64,000 bases of DNA, taken from assembly GCA_964016885.1 (NCBI GenBank), contig OZ024742.1, positions 209,498,001 to 209,562,000 on the forward strand, written 5' to 3'. A program made the position numbers and the translations under genes. Below are positions 1 through 11,894 of the stretch, one piece after another. The notes beneath the pieces were generated by a model. The model was not told the DNA's origin. It ran no database searches and was given only the letters and a program-made list of their open reading frames with translations. Each line of letters begins with the position of its first letter. Position 1 is the first letter of the stretch. Source of the stretch: Eledone cirrhosa. Lineage: Eukaryota.

Positions 1-324
1 TCTCGGACATGCCCGGCTGACGGCACCTCCATGCCTGTAGAGTTTATCCCGAACTGGCAAGGCTCCTCGGTAGCACTGCCAGGCCAGAGATTTCTGGAAG
101 TTGTCCATAGGCCCTGGCCCGAAAGTTCTTCCGAAGAGATTGGCTAGTTGATTTTCGTCGACGCCTAGAGTTTCCCCAAGTACGTCATCGCTCTTCCCCT
201 CCACTAATCCTCTATAGAACGCCGAGGTGGAGTTTCCACCGATCACATTGCCCGATTGGTCGAGGGCTGTGAGCGCCTGAAGACATTCCAGTCTCCAGGC
301 GCTCCCTCTCGGTCTTCGCTTGAC

Positions 325-3012
325 CTAGGACTGCAGCTCCGTCAAGGAAACGAGCTGGGGAAACACGCGCCTAGCAAACGGCGACCACACCTGATCACCG
401 TCGAGGAAGAGGTGGAGATGTCGTAGCCTGAGCGCGTGCCTGCGCATCATCAGCCACGGCATGCCCAGCCCTCCACGTAGCGGGTGTTGACAACAGATGG
501 ACCGCCTGACCATCGGAGCGCGTCCCTTCCACAAAAAGCGAAAGAGCAAACGCTCCAGCGCAGTCAGGCGAGGCTTAGGACAAGGTACGACGGTCAGACG
601 GTAGCAGATGACGGACGCGATGTACGCGTTAGCCACCTCCGCTCGACCTTTCAGGGATAGCTTCCTCTCCGCCCATTTCTGGGTGAGAGAAGCCACCCTG
701 CTCGTCACCTCGTCCCAGTTTTTGTCCGTCTGGAGGTCCGGACCGAACCAGACCCCTAGCAATTTAACCGGTCCGTCCGTCCAGCGTCCGACGACGCTGT
801 TGGACGGCATGGACCTGCCTCTCCAGGTGCCGAGCTGCAGGCCCACTGACTTTTCCTGGTTGATCATTGCTCCTGTCACCGCTTCGTATTCTCTTAGTGT
901 AGTGCCGATCGCCTCGATGTGTTTGGCGCTCGACACCACTACGGTGACATCGTCCGCATATGCTGACACTGATCTTCCGCATCCTAGTTCGCGCGGGACT
1001 CCCCTCAACGTCTCCAGTTTGTGCAGTAATGGCTCGAGAGTCAATACGTAAAAGAGGGACGAGAGGGGACATCCTTGGCGGACCGAGCGCATGATGTTGA
1101 ACGGTTCCGACAGGTGACCGTTCACTCTCACCACAGAGCAGATGTCGCTGTGCATGGCAGCGATCCAGCCTCTGAAGACGGGCCCAAAGCCAGCCGCCCT
1201 CAGGACTGCCGCTAGGTAACGATGGTCGACCCTATCGAAAGCTTTCGACTGATCTAAATTGATCAAGGACCCACCCGTGCCAGGTTCCCTAGCTACCCTC
1301 TCTACGATGTATCGCATGAGGTGGGGGTTGTCGTGGATGGATCTGTCGGGAATGGCGCATGTCTGCGCCTCTCCCACCAGACCACCAACGACAAGCGCCA
1401 ACCTCTTTGCTAGCACCTTGGCCAAAATCTTAAACTCTGTGTTTAGCAGAGTTATGGGCCGGAAATTGTCTATGTTATCCCCCTTGTTCGGATCCTTTCT
1501 CAGCAGTGCCACCGCTCCTCGGCTCACAGAACTGGGAGTTCTCCCGTTCTGTTGCCAGTTGCAGTAGACGTCCGCCAAGAGGCCTCCGAACAAGTCTGGC
1601 ATCTGTACGTAAAGTTCATAGGGCAGACCATCCAAACCAGGCGATTTACCCCTTGTGCAGCCAGTCATTGCCTCCCTTACTTCAGCGGCTGTTATCGGCT
1701 TTTCGCAACACTTCGCCTCAGTGGCCGAGAGCCGCGGCAGTCCGTCGAGGTAGACACTAAAGTCCATCCCTCTACCCGGCCCACCGCTGCCCCCGAACAG
1801 CTGAGCGAAGTGTCGCTGAAAAGCTTCACACATTTTCCCGGGATCGAGTAGCATGCGCCCGTCGTGGTCCACCAAAGACCGGATCGTGGCTTTGTTGCCA
1901 CGACGCGCCTCCGCCACTCGGGCCCATTGAACGGCTTTCGTCCCCTCGTGTCTGAGAGCACGCACCCTTGCTCTGACAACGCAGCCTTCGTGCTTTGCAT
2001 TGAAGAATTGGTCAAGGGCCAATTTCGCCGCAAGCACGTCGGTCGCAATGCCTTTGCTAAGCGCCTCGTCTAATTTTCTAATTAGTTCTCCCTCTGCTCT
2101 ATTTTTCTCTATTGCTAAAGCCTTACTAAACCTAATCGATTCTATTCTAATCGCTCTTTTCAGAGCAAACCACCACTTGTTGTTGACGATGGCCCCCGTC
2201 AAAGCCCGCTTAACTAGTTCGCTAATCCGGTCTCTGTAGGCCTTGCGCGCTGGTAAGGACGCGTTTAGCTTCCAGTAGCCGGGTCCTCGTCTATGAAGCC
2301 TATCTAAGTCAAGCACACAGATCACGAATTTGTGGTCCGTGTAGCTGACTATCTTGAATTGTGGACAGCCTATGCTAGACCTATCTATTTCCCTACAAAA
2401 TACTCTATCTAGATATGATCTGGATGACCCTATGCGGTTTGTCCAAGTCCACATTGGCACATTCGGGAAATCCAATCGGTACCTGTCAGACAGTTCAAAA
2501 CGCCTGAGCAGGTTGGTGAGGCTCTTGCACCCTCCACCCCTATCCGCTAATCCCACACAGTCCCAGCGTGCATCTAAGATCCCGTTCCAGTCGCCCACTA
2601 ACACTAAAGAGCGGGACGTTCCAAGAAAGGTCTCCAGACGCCGGAAGAAATCAGGCCGCCCTGCTCCTGTCGGGGCATAGACGGCCACTAGCCTGAAAGC
2701 TTGCCCGTCTCCGCTGGTCACGTCCAGCACCACCAGCTTACCCTCTGGGTCCAGGAAGATGGCCCGTATGGCGAGATCCAAACCTCTCCGAAAAAGCACA
2801 GCAACTCCTCCACCCGATCCAGGACGGCTGGGAGATGCGTACACATCGTAGCCGCCGAACATCGGTGCGAAGGCCCGTGCTTCGGAGATTCTGGTCTCGC
2901 TGATGGCCACTACATCTATGTTTAGTGACCTGAGGTCGTTGAGCAGGTGACCCTGCTTCCATGACGACCCCAAGCCACGCGCATTTATGCTGCCTATTCT
3001 GAGTGAGGTCAT
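325..3012 (-). pseudogene. Tx1 ORF2 (AP endonuclease + reverse transcriptase), truncated by a premature TAG
   Basis: APE motifs SINARGL, ISETR, VYAP, GDWN, YLDR, TDH; RT motifs SPGLDG, FRPITLLN, DQSKAFD, VRQGCPLS, YADD. TGG->TAG at 325-327 relative to the 1139-aa copy; homology continues to position 1. Confidence 0.93.
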
Positions 3013-3047
3013 GTTTAAAATAGAGTGGAAAAGATGGGAAAGACCAC

Positions 3048-5060
3048 TTACCGTACTTTTGGTAGAGGAGGGATGGTTTTTACATCCCTTTTCACTTGAT
3101 TGTCTGGTGAAGGGACCGTTGAATCGTCCCTTCGGCTGGTCGTCGGTTCTTCTAAGAGAATGTCTGAATATACTCTTCGATTGATGGTTCCTCCTAGGTC
3201 CCTGAAATCACCAACTGCGTTGGGGAATTTCGTTTTAATGTTTGTGTATTGTTTCTGTGCTATTTTTAGCAGTCTTATGTTAGTTGGCGTTTTGATTGGT
3301 GCTGGTATTATGTAGTCCTGTTGTTAAATGTCTGTGTGTTCAATTATGTAAGTCATTAGTTTCTTGTTGTGTGTATTTATTGCCGTGCATTTGTTTTTCT
3401 GGGGGTGGGGTGTGGTTCTGCTATTTTCTTGTCGTTGTTGCTGGGTGTGTGTGTTTTGTTGTTGTGTTTGCGATGTTGGTGCTTGTGGTGGTGGTGTTGA
3501 AGGTGTTGTTGGCGGTGGGGTTGTCGCCGGTGGTGATGGTGGTGCTAGTGTGGGTGGTGATGGTGTTGGTGGTGTTGCTGCTGTGGGTCTCTTTGCAGTA
3601 GACTTTACCCTTTTCTCATTTCTTTCCTCCCTTTTCAAAGGCGACGATGCGCTGCTTCTGCGTTTGTGCCTTCTTACGACCTTTTGCCATCCCTCTCCCA
3701 CCTCACACTCCATGTCTGATTCTGTGAGGTCGGGGAGGGGTACCAGCTCCACTCTTTCACTTGTTGTTGTTGGTGATGTTTGCACTGGAGTCTCTGTTAC
3801 AGCTGCATTTGGTATTGCTGTTGTTGTTGTTAATATTTCCACTGCTGCTGCTGTTTTTGATTTCCGTGGCGTAGGTATGGGTGCCACGGACCTATCGTTC
3901 CTGGTTGCCGCTTGTCCTGTTGCTGGTAGCCGTGGAGCCGGATTCGGAAGGAGGGTTTTTTTTTCCTTTCTCAGGGTCTTCTCGTTGCAGAAGGCCCTGA
4001 GGTGAGTCTTCGATCCACAGCGAAAGCATTTCGGGCGTTTGCCCTCAACACTTATGGGCAGTTGAGTGCCGTTATCGAAGTCTATCACATCCGGGATAGC
4101 TTCGATGCACACCTGGTTGGTTTGGATTAGCATCTCAATGGAGGTGCCTACCCAATCTTCTCTTACTTTTTTCTGTACTTGCAGTACAGTTGTTTTGTCC
4201 TCGATTCCGACGAGGACAGACGCGGCCAGCCAAGAAGGGGCCATTCCGGGGGGGGGGGGGGGGACTTGGGTCAGTTTGACCCTCACAATTTTTTGCCCGC
4301 AGTAGGAGGGCACCAACACCATTTCCTCGCTCCTTAGGGTCACTACTGATTGGGCCTTTGCCTCCTGGGGTGTGGCAAAAAGTACGTCTACAGTGGCATA
4401 TTTTTTGCCTCGGGTGATGTGCGTTTTCCGCTGCCACACAGACCCCAAGGCTTTTTGTATCTGAGCCTCTGTGGCTCTTTCCACCCTACGGGATTTTGTA
4501 CTTACTGTACGGTACGTGACCGTACAGTGCTGTTGGGTTTCGAAAAATGTTTCCGCTGCCTTGCAGATTGCTCGGTGTCCATTCTTTGTCACCATCTTCT
4601 TCGCTTCCACTAATTCCTCATTTGTTATGAGGATTGTTTCCAAGTTTTTCGCAATGCCTGCAAATGAGATTGGTTTTTCTTTGCTGCTATTGTTGTTGTT
4701 TTCGTCAGAGCTGCTGGTACTTTTGTTGTTGCTGCAGGTACTACGACTACTGCCTCCGCCGCTGTTGCTGTTGTTATTACGGCTGCTACTGCTATTATTC
4801 CTGACGTCAGACGAATGAACTGGGTTTTCGTATTTCCCGCACACCTGTTTCGTCGCTGTCGTCGTCGTCGTGGAGAAACCTTGCACGCTTTGCACGAGAC
4901 TTTTCTTTTCTTTCGTCACTTGTGAAAGAGAAGGGAGGGAGAGAGACACATTTAAAGAAGGGAGGGAGAGAGACAATCTTCTCTCTGCTGTAGTGATGAT
5001 TGAGGAAGAAGAAGACGGAATGAGTGGGAGTGACGTATGAAATTTCTTTTTCGTAGCCAT
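3048..5060 (-). pseudogene. Tx1 ORF1 (gag-like, CCHC zinc knuckle) with premature stop at 3324
   Basis: CFRCGSKTHLRAFC knuckle. TCA->TAA at 3324-3326 versus copy 2, an in-frame loss of ~33 aa in the Ser/Asn tract, and an expanded poly-G (extra Pro) near 4250. Confidence 0.88.
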
Positions 5061-5274
5061 GTTGTTTTTTGTTTAAAATGAATATTGGGTACAAAACCCC
5101 AATAACTGGTTATTTAACCCCGAAGGGCCAAATAACGGACAGAAAGACCCCTCTCACGAGGAGGAGGGTGTCTTTATCAACAATTTGGTTCAAGTTTTAA
5201 ACAATTTATAATTGTTTTAACGGTTAAAAATTACTATACCTTACAGAGCCGAGCCTCCGTCAACCATGGCATTC

Positions 5275-5316
<42 letters not shown>

Positions 5317-5535
5317 CAAAAAACAAAAATCAAAATCAAAGCAGCACAACAAAAAAAAAACGTAAAGAAAATAAGAATGAAGAGAGAAACAAACGGACGG
5401 ACAGAGAAAGGAAGGGAAAAACTAAGTCAGACATTCGAACACTACATTACAATGAAACTTATGCTTATTCATTTTTGGAGTTTTTTCTGCCTGTTTGTTT
5501 GTTTGTTTATTTGTGTTCGTATACAGCGTGATAAT

Positions 5536-8500
5536 GCCACACAAGAGCCACGTGGAGTGACGCAACCACCGGAGGCGGTGAATCCACCGGTGGTTATGTA
5601 ACCATACATTCGCCAATCCTCGATAAGAGTGTTTAAATGTCGAACCTAAACAGTTCGAATAACGGTGAAATGGAGACTAGAACGTCATGTGACAGACTCT
5701 CACCCAACAGGTGCTCCCTGGCTCAGCAGCAGGGACCTGGCTGTTAACCAAATACTGCTGGTGTCGGAGGAAGAAGAAGAAGGAAAGGGACCAGAACCAA
5801 CTGGACGAAAGAATTGAATAGAACTGTTATGCAATGTTACCTGAAAAGTAACCCCAAGGAGAGGGGCTATAGGAAACGGATGCATAACATCTGGAACGAG
5901 ATTGGTCTATTTAAATTAGATGAACAAAAATTGGCCGGGCAGGCTCGGGTAATAAGAACTAATGGGTGGATAAGCGAGCTGGAACTGGAGGAACTGAGCA
6001 GAGAGATTAGCTTGGAGGTGGAGAGTGGAGTATGCCAGGCAAACGAGCCAGTGGGAAATGAAGGTGAAGAGGTCGATAGAACGGAGGAACCACCCGAAGC
6101 AGTCAATGATCTGAATACTGAGATAAATAATTCCTGGAACAGAGATACGGCCACTGAGGAGATGAATGCTGACGGGCTAGGACAAGATTTGGTTGATATC
6201 CTAAATTTAGTGGTAGATGAATTGAACAATGATAGTGGGAGACCTATGAACCTAAGATTTGTAGACAGGAAAAAGTTAAAAGAAACAACAGCTAAGGTAA
6301 ACAAAGTCATCCCATACATTGAGGCGAGGAGCCTTCACCAGTGCAACAATATCATCAAAGCAACAGCAAATACGGTGAGGAAACTACTTGGTATAAAAGC
6401 GAGAGGAAACAACAGACAAGAAAGAGCAGAGCCTTGGTGGAAGAAACGACTGAGTGGTCAAATCAGGGAAATGAGAAATGACATTGGAAAGCTTGAGTCC
6501 CTACTGAATGGGACACTAAAAAACATAGACACTAAAAATAGACTGGAAATAAAGTACAAAACTAGGAGGAAAAAGCTAAATATTATCATAGAGGAACTGA
6601 AGCAACGCATTGTAGCAAAGAGTGCAAAAATCAGGCGATACGAGAACAGAGTCAGTCAGTATAAACAGAACCGCATGTTCAACAACAACCAGAAGATGCT
6701 GTTTGGACAGCTTGAAGAGAAAGAAAGAGGCAACGACTTGATCCCTGAGGCGGAACAAACTAAAACATTCTGGAGAGGAATATGGGAGCAGGATGTTAGA
6801 CATAATGACCAGGCAGTGTGGATTGAGACAGTACAGAAGGAGATCAGTGAACAGGCACACCAACAAACTGATTTGAGTATCACAGTTGAAACTCTTAAGG
6901 GGCAGGCCAAAAAACTAACCAACTGGAAATCACCAGGCTCAGATGGTGCGCAGGGGTATTGGATTAAAAATATAACATCCCTCCACCCGAAACTGACAAC
7001 CATGTTCAATGAATGCTTGATGTCAGGTGAGGTACCAGAGTGGTTGACAAAAGGTACCACAGTTCTGATAATGAAAGACCGAATCAAGGATAATGATGTT
7101 ACCAACTATAGACCTATCACATGTCTGTCCGTAATGTGGAAACTGTTGACGAGCATTATGTCTGAGGAAATCTACCATCACCTCCACACAAACGACTTGT
7201 TACCGGACGAACAGAAAGTATGCCGAAAGAAGTCACGTGGTACAAAGGACCAGTTACTTATTGATAAGATGGTAATGGGGAATTGCAAGAGGAGACACAC
7301 TGATCTTGCCATGGGATGGATAGACTACAAAAAGGCATTTGACATGGTGCCTCATTCTTGGATCACCAAAAGCCTGGAGATCTTCAAGGTGGCAGATAAC
7401 ATCAGACAGTTGTTGGGCAAAAGTATGAGGTCCTGGGAAACAGAGTTGACATCAACTGGAGAATCCTTGGGAAGCGTGAAGATCAAGAGAGGTATCTTCC
7501 AGGGAGATAGCCTGTCCCCTCTGTTGTTTGTCCTTGCCCTGATGCCCCTGACCAGTGTACTGCGAAAAGTGAGAGCAGGATACAGGTTGGGAAAGGGAGG
7601 GCTTACCATCAATCACCTCCTCTTCATGTACAATCTTAAGCTCTTCGGGAAGAGTGAGAAGGAGTTGGGTGTGCTTGTTGACACTGTCCGTATTTTCAGC
7701 AGTGATATATGAATGCAATTTGGTATTAGTAAGTGTCGAGTCATTGTGATGAGGAGGGATAGGTTGAGCAGAAGTAACGGAATCCAGATACCAACAGGTG
7801 AGATGATAAAGGAAATTGACTCTGAGGAAGGATACAAGTATTTGAGCGTTCTGGAGGCTGATGGCATAAAGAACAAAAAAATGAAGGAATTGTTCAGAAC
7901 AGAATACATTCGGAGAGTAAGGAGCGTATTGAAGTCACATCTGAACAGCAGAAATGCCATAAGCGCAGTAAATTCCCGAGCTGTGTCTATTATTAGGTAC
8001 AGTGCGGGAATTCTGAGATGGAATGTTGCTGAACAAAAAGAAATGGATAGGAAGACTAGGAAGCTATTGACTATCTACAACATGTTCCACAAGAGGATTG
8101 ATGTCGATAGACTCTACTTAAGGAGATCTGAGCGTGGAAGAGGTCTTATCAGCATAGAGGATTGTGTTCAGATGGAGAAAAACAACCTACACAAATACGT
8201 GACTGATAGTAAGGAGCCAATGCTCAGAACTGTACTGAAGGAGGGGACAATAGGCCAGGGGATGTCCAAGGAGGAAATAACATCAAGGAGAAAGAGCAGC
8301 CTTCAGGAAAAATCCCTTCATAGTACCTTCTTTGAGAAAACTGAATTTAGAGATCCACAGACATGGAAATAGTTGAAAAGAGAAGACCTTAAAAAGGCTA
8401 CAGAAGGAATGTTAATGGCTGGCAGGTGCAGGCCCTCAAAACGAAGGAGGAGGCTAGCCCACTGTGCAGGATCTGTGGAGAGAGAGAGGAGACTGTGTCT

Positions 8501-9110
8501 CACATTGTATCCGAGTGTAAACACCTAGCCCAGACCCACTATAAAGGCTGGAGACATGATGTGATGGGCAGGGTGATCCACTGGCACCTGTGCAAAGTAA
8601 ACAATTTACCACATTCTGCGAAGTGGTATGAGCATAAGCCAGAGGCGGTGATAGAGAACGATCAGGTGAAGGTGCTGTGGGATTTTAGGATACAGACGGA
8701 CGAGAAACTGGAACACAATAGACCTGAGCTGGTGGTTGTGGACAAAGAAAAAAGATCGTGCCTGATTGTGGATGTGGCCTGCCCATTCGACACGAGAGTG
8801 CAAGAGAAGGAGAGGGAGAAAATTAACCGATACCAGGCCTTAAAGTGGGAGGTAAAAAGGATTTGGAACTGCCATGAAGTCAAAGTGATCCCGATTGTCA
8901 TAGGCGCACTAGGGACTATCTCCAAAAGTTTCCAGGGATGGTTAAAGAAAATCGGCCCCTTCACGCTTTTTGGAACGCTTCAAAAGGCATGCTTGCTGGG
9001 AACAGCAAGAACCCTCCGATATGTCCTGAATATCTGAGGCTGCAGGTAGTGGCTTAATATTCATTCCAACAAACTTTCCAGTAACTAACATCAATGACTG
9101 AGACTCAAGG
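5536..9110 (+). mobile_element. R4/Dong-clade (REL endonuclease) non-LTR retrotransposon, family Dong-A, near full length, inactivated
   Basis: Single-ORF architecture: N-terminal WTKELNRTVMQCY...YRKRM..IW, RT (NYRPITCL, WIDYKKAFD, GIFQGDSLSP), CCHC CRICGEREETVSHIVSEC, RHD, and REL RP(E)LVVVD..IVDVACP. Short 3'UTR followed by an (AAT)n tail. The 5' boundary is approximate. Confidence 0.92.
5670..9037 (+). pseudogene. Dong-A RT-REL polyprotein, disrupted
   Basis: ATG at 5670 is in frame with ORF 5814. Stops at ~5745, 7710 and 8370, and a deletion near 8450. The catalytic FMDD reads FMYN. Confidence 0.88.
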
Positions 9111-9119
9111 AGTAATAAC

Positions 9120-9176
<57 letters not shown>

Positions 9177-9177
<1 letters not shown>

Positions 9178-10203
9178 CTTTCTTTAGTAACCACAAGGGT
9201 TTACACAAAGTAAGACATTAAGGGCAATACAGGACAATACAGGACAATACAGGACGGTACAAATGGGCATTTCTGCGTGTAAAAAAATAAAGACAGAGGA
9301 TGTAATAAAAAAGAAACAATGAAACATTCCCCAATAGGGGCGAGACTTCCGAGGGACATTCGTGTAGAAAGCCCATTAAGAAAGCCACGGTGACCCTGAC
9401 CACCAGGGCAAGTGACCTCTCCCAGTTTTCCACCTTTAATTTACAGGCACATTCACGCGGGCCACTCTTGCCTCTCTCACCCATCTTTCAACAAAATGCT
9501 GGGAAGAGAGCACTTCCCTCTCTACCCTGATTTTCCTTTTCAAATTAAATTTGAAAAAGTTAATCAGGGCATCACCGAAGAGGTAAGTGCTCATCTTCAG
9601 CCCTTTCAGACGCGTCCACCATACTATCTCTTTCGCCATGGCCACCAGAGGGATAAAAATTGCCTGCCCTTCCCGGCTAAAGGAAGAGGGCGGGACATTC
9701 CTCACGATGGACTCAGCTGATAGCTGGATCCGTCCTACATGTGACAGCAGGTGTTCGACATAAACCCACAAGTAGCAATGCTCGGACACTGGACGAGGTC
9801 GTGCAGGACGGTTTCGTCGCCCTGTGGGCATCTCGGACATGCTCGGCTGACGGCACCTCCATGCCTGTAGAGTTTGTCCCGAACTGGCAAAGCTCCTCAG
9901 TAGCACTGCCAGGCAAGGATTTATGGAAGTTGTCCATAGGCCTCGCCCCGAAAGTTCTTCAGAAGAGATTGGCTAGTTGATTTTCGTCGACGCCTAGAGT
10001 TTCCCCAAGTACGTCGTCGCTCTTTCCCTCCACTAATCCTCTATAGAACGCCATGGTGGAGTTTCCACCGATCACATTGCCCGACTGGTCGAGGGCTGTG
10101 AGCGTCTGAAGACATTCCAGTCTCCAAGCGCTCCCTCTCGGTCTTCGCTTGACCCAAGACTGCAGCACCGTCAATGAGACGAGCTGGGGAAATACGTGTC
10201 TAC
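9177..10203 (-). mobile_element. 5'-truncated Tx1 copy (3' ~1 kb: ORF2 C-terminus + 3'UTR)
   Basis: Homologous to 13424-14465; flanked by (AAT)n on both sides. Confidence 0.93.
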
Positions 10204-10280
<77 letters not shown>

Positions 10281-10301
10281 AAGAAGAAGAAGAAGAAGAA
10301 G

Positions 10302-10697
10302 ACAGTAGACCTGACCTGGTGGTTTTGGACAAGGAAAAAAGATCGTGCCTGATTGTGGATGTAGCCTGCCCATTTGACACGAGAGTGCAAGAGAAGGAGG
10401 GGAGAAAATTAACCGATACCAGGACTTTAAGTGGGAGGTAAAAAGGATTTGGAATTGCCATGAAGTCAAAGTGGTCCCGATTGTCATAGGCGCACTAGGT
10501 ACTATCTCAAAAAGTTTCCAGGGATGGTTAAAGAAAATTGGCCCCGCCACGCTTTTTGGAGCGCTTCAAAAGGCATGCTTGCTGGGAACAGCAAGAACCC
10601 TCCGATACGTCCTGAATATCTGAGGCTGCAGGTAGTGGCTTGATATTCATTTAAACAAACTTTCCAGTTAACTAACATCAATGACTGAGACTCAAAG
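10302..10697 (+). mobile_element. Dong-A 3' fragment (REL C-terminus + 3'UTR)
   Basis: Matches 8715-9110; preceded by (AAT)n(AAG)n and followed by (AAT)n. Confidence 0.9.
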
Positions 10698-10770
10698 AAC
10701 AATAATGATAATAATAATAATAATAAGAAGAAGAAGAAGAAGAAGAAGTAGAAGTAGAAGTAGAAGAAGA

Positions 10771-11094
10771 TTGTATCTATAAAAACATTTGAAAAATTGA
10801 GCAAGTATAAGGACCTGGAGATAGAAATTGGAATGATGTGGAAATTGAGAACTAAAACAATACCAGTGGTTGTAGGCGCTCTAGGAGAAATACAAAAGAT
10901 AGTACTAATGGGAACTGCCCATATGCTAAGGAAGATTCTGTTAATATAAGTACATCACAAGTCTAAACACCTAAAGATGCATGTGTGAGTATGTATGTTC
11001 TTTCTTGAACATGGCGGACCTTGTTGTCTCTTGAGGTCACTGGTTGTGACTTGGTGATAACTCGTATGAACATAAAGGCAAGATAAATGCAGCT

Positions 11095-11095
<1 letters not shown>
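10771..11095 (+). mobile_element. Dong-B 3' fragment with internal deletion
   Basis: Matches 27585-27961 minus ~60 bp; (AAT)n tail. Confidence 0.88.
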
Positions 11096-11138
<43 letters not shown>

Positions 11139-11831
11139 TGAAGTGACCGAAACACCATATTTACAAGGAGGAGGCTAGCCCACTGTGCAGGATCTGTGGA
11201 GATAGAGAGGAGACTGTGGCTCACATTGTATCCGAGTGTTAACACCTAACCCAGACTCACTATAAAGGCTGGAGACATGATGTGATGGGCAGGGTGATCT
11301 ACTGGCACCTATGCAAAGTAAGCAATTTACCACATTCTGAGAAGTGGTATGGGCATAAGCCAGAGGCGGTGATAGAAAACGATCTTTTGAAGCTGCTGTG
11401 GGATTTTAGGATACAGACGGACAAGAAACTGGAACACAATGAACCTGACCTGGTGGTTTGGGACAAGGAAAAAAGATCTTGCCTGATTGTGGATGTGGCC
11501 TGCCCATTCGACACGAGAGTGCAAGAGAAGGAGAGGGAGAAAATTAATCGATACCATGACTTAAAGTGGGAGGTAAAAAGGATTTGGAACTGCCATGAGG
11601 TCAAAGTGGTCCTGGTTGTCATAGGCGCACTAGGTACTATCTCAAGGAGGTTCCAGGGTTGGTTAAAGAAAATTGGCCCCGCCCCGCTTTTTGAAACACT
11701 TCAAAAGGCATGCTTGCTGGGAACAGCAAGAACCCTCCGATACGTCCTGAATATCTGAGGCTGCAGGTAGTGGCTTGATATTCATTTAAACAAACTTTCC
11801 AGTTAACTAACATCGATGACTGAGACTCAAA

Positions 11832-11832
<1 letters not shown>
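11139..11832 (+). mobile_element. Dong-A 3' fragment (CCHC + REL)
   Basis: ORF 11282-11758 is homologous to 8426-9037; (AAT)n tail at 11833-11892. Confidence 0.92.

Positions 11833-11892
<60 letters not shown>

Positions 11893-11894
<2 letters not shown>

Larger units (their letters stand above)
1..5274 (-). mobile_element. Tx1/L1-clade non-LTR retrotransposon, subfamily A, copy 1 (3' end runs off the window; nonsense mutations in both ORFs)
   Basis: Near-identical to 14095-19454. The 5' end (minus strand GAATGCCATGG...) abuts (AAT)12 at 5275-5310. ORF1 followed by an APE-RT ORF2. Confidence 0.95.

Noticed and set aside
608-2925. Plus-strand and alternate-frame ORFs overlapping Tx1 ORF2 (repeated in each copy)
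   Set aside because: Shadow ORFs of a GC-rich coding strand; their recurrence reflects copy identity, not independent function.
3296-4005. Val/Gly/Cys-rich plus-strand ORFs
   Set aside because: Antisense of the Pro/Thr low-complexity part of ORF1.
5480-5535. Splice-acceptor-like pyrimidine tract + CAG just before Dong-A
   Set aside because: The tract is a (GTTT)n microsatellite, and no exon or donor can be reconstructed with 28371 onward.
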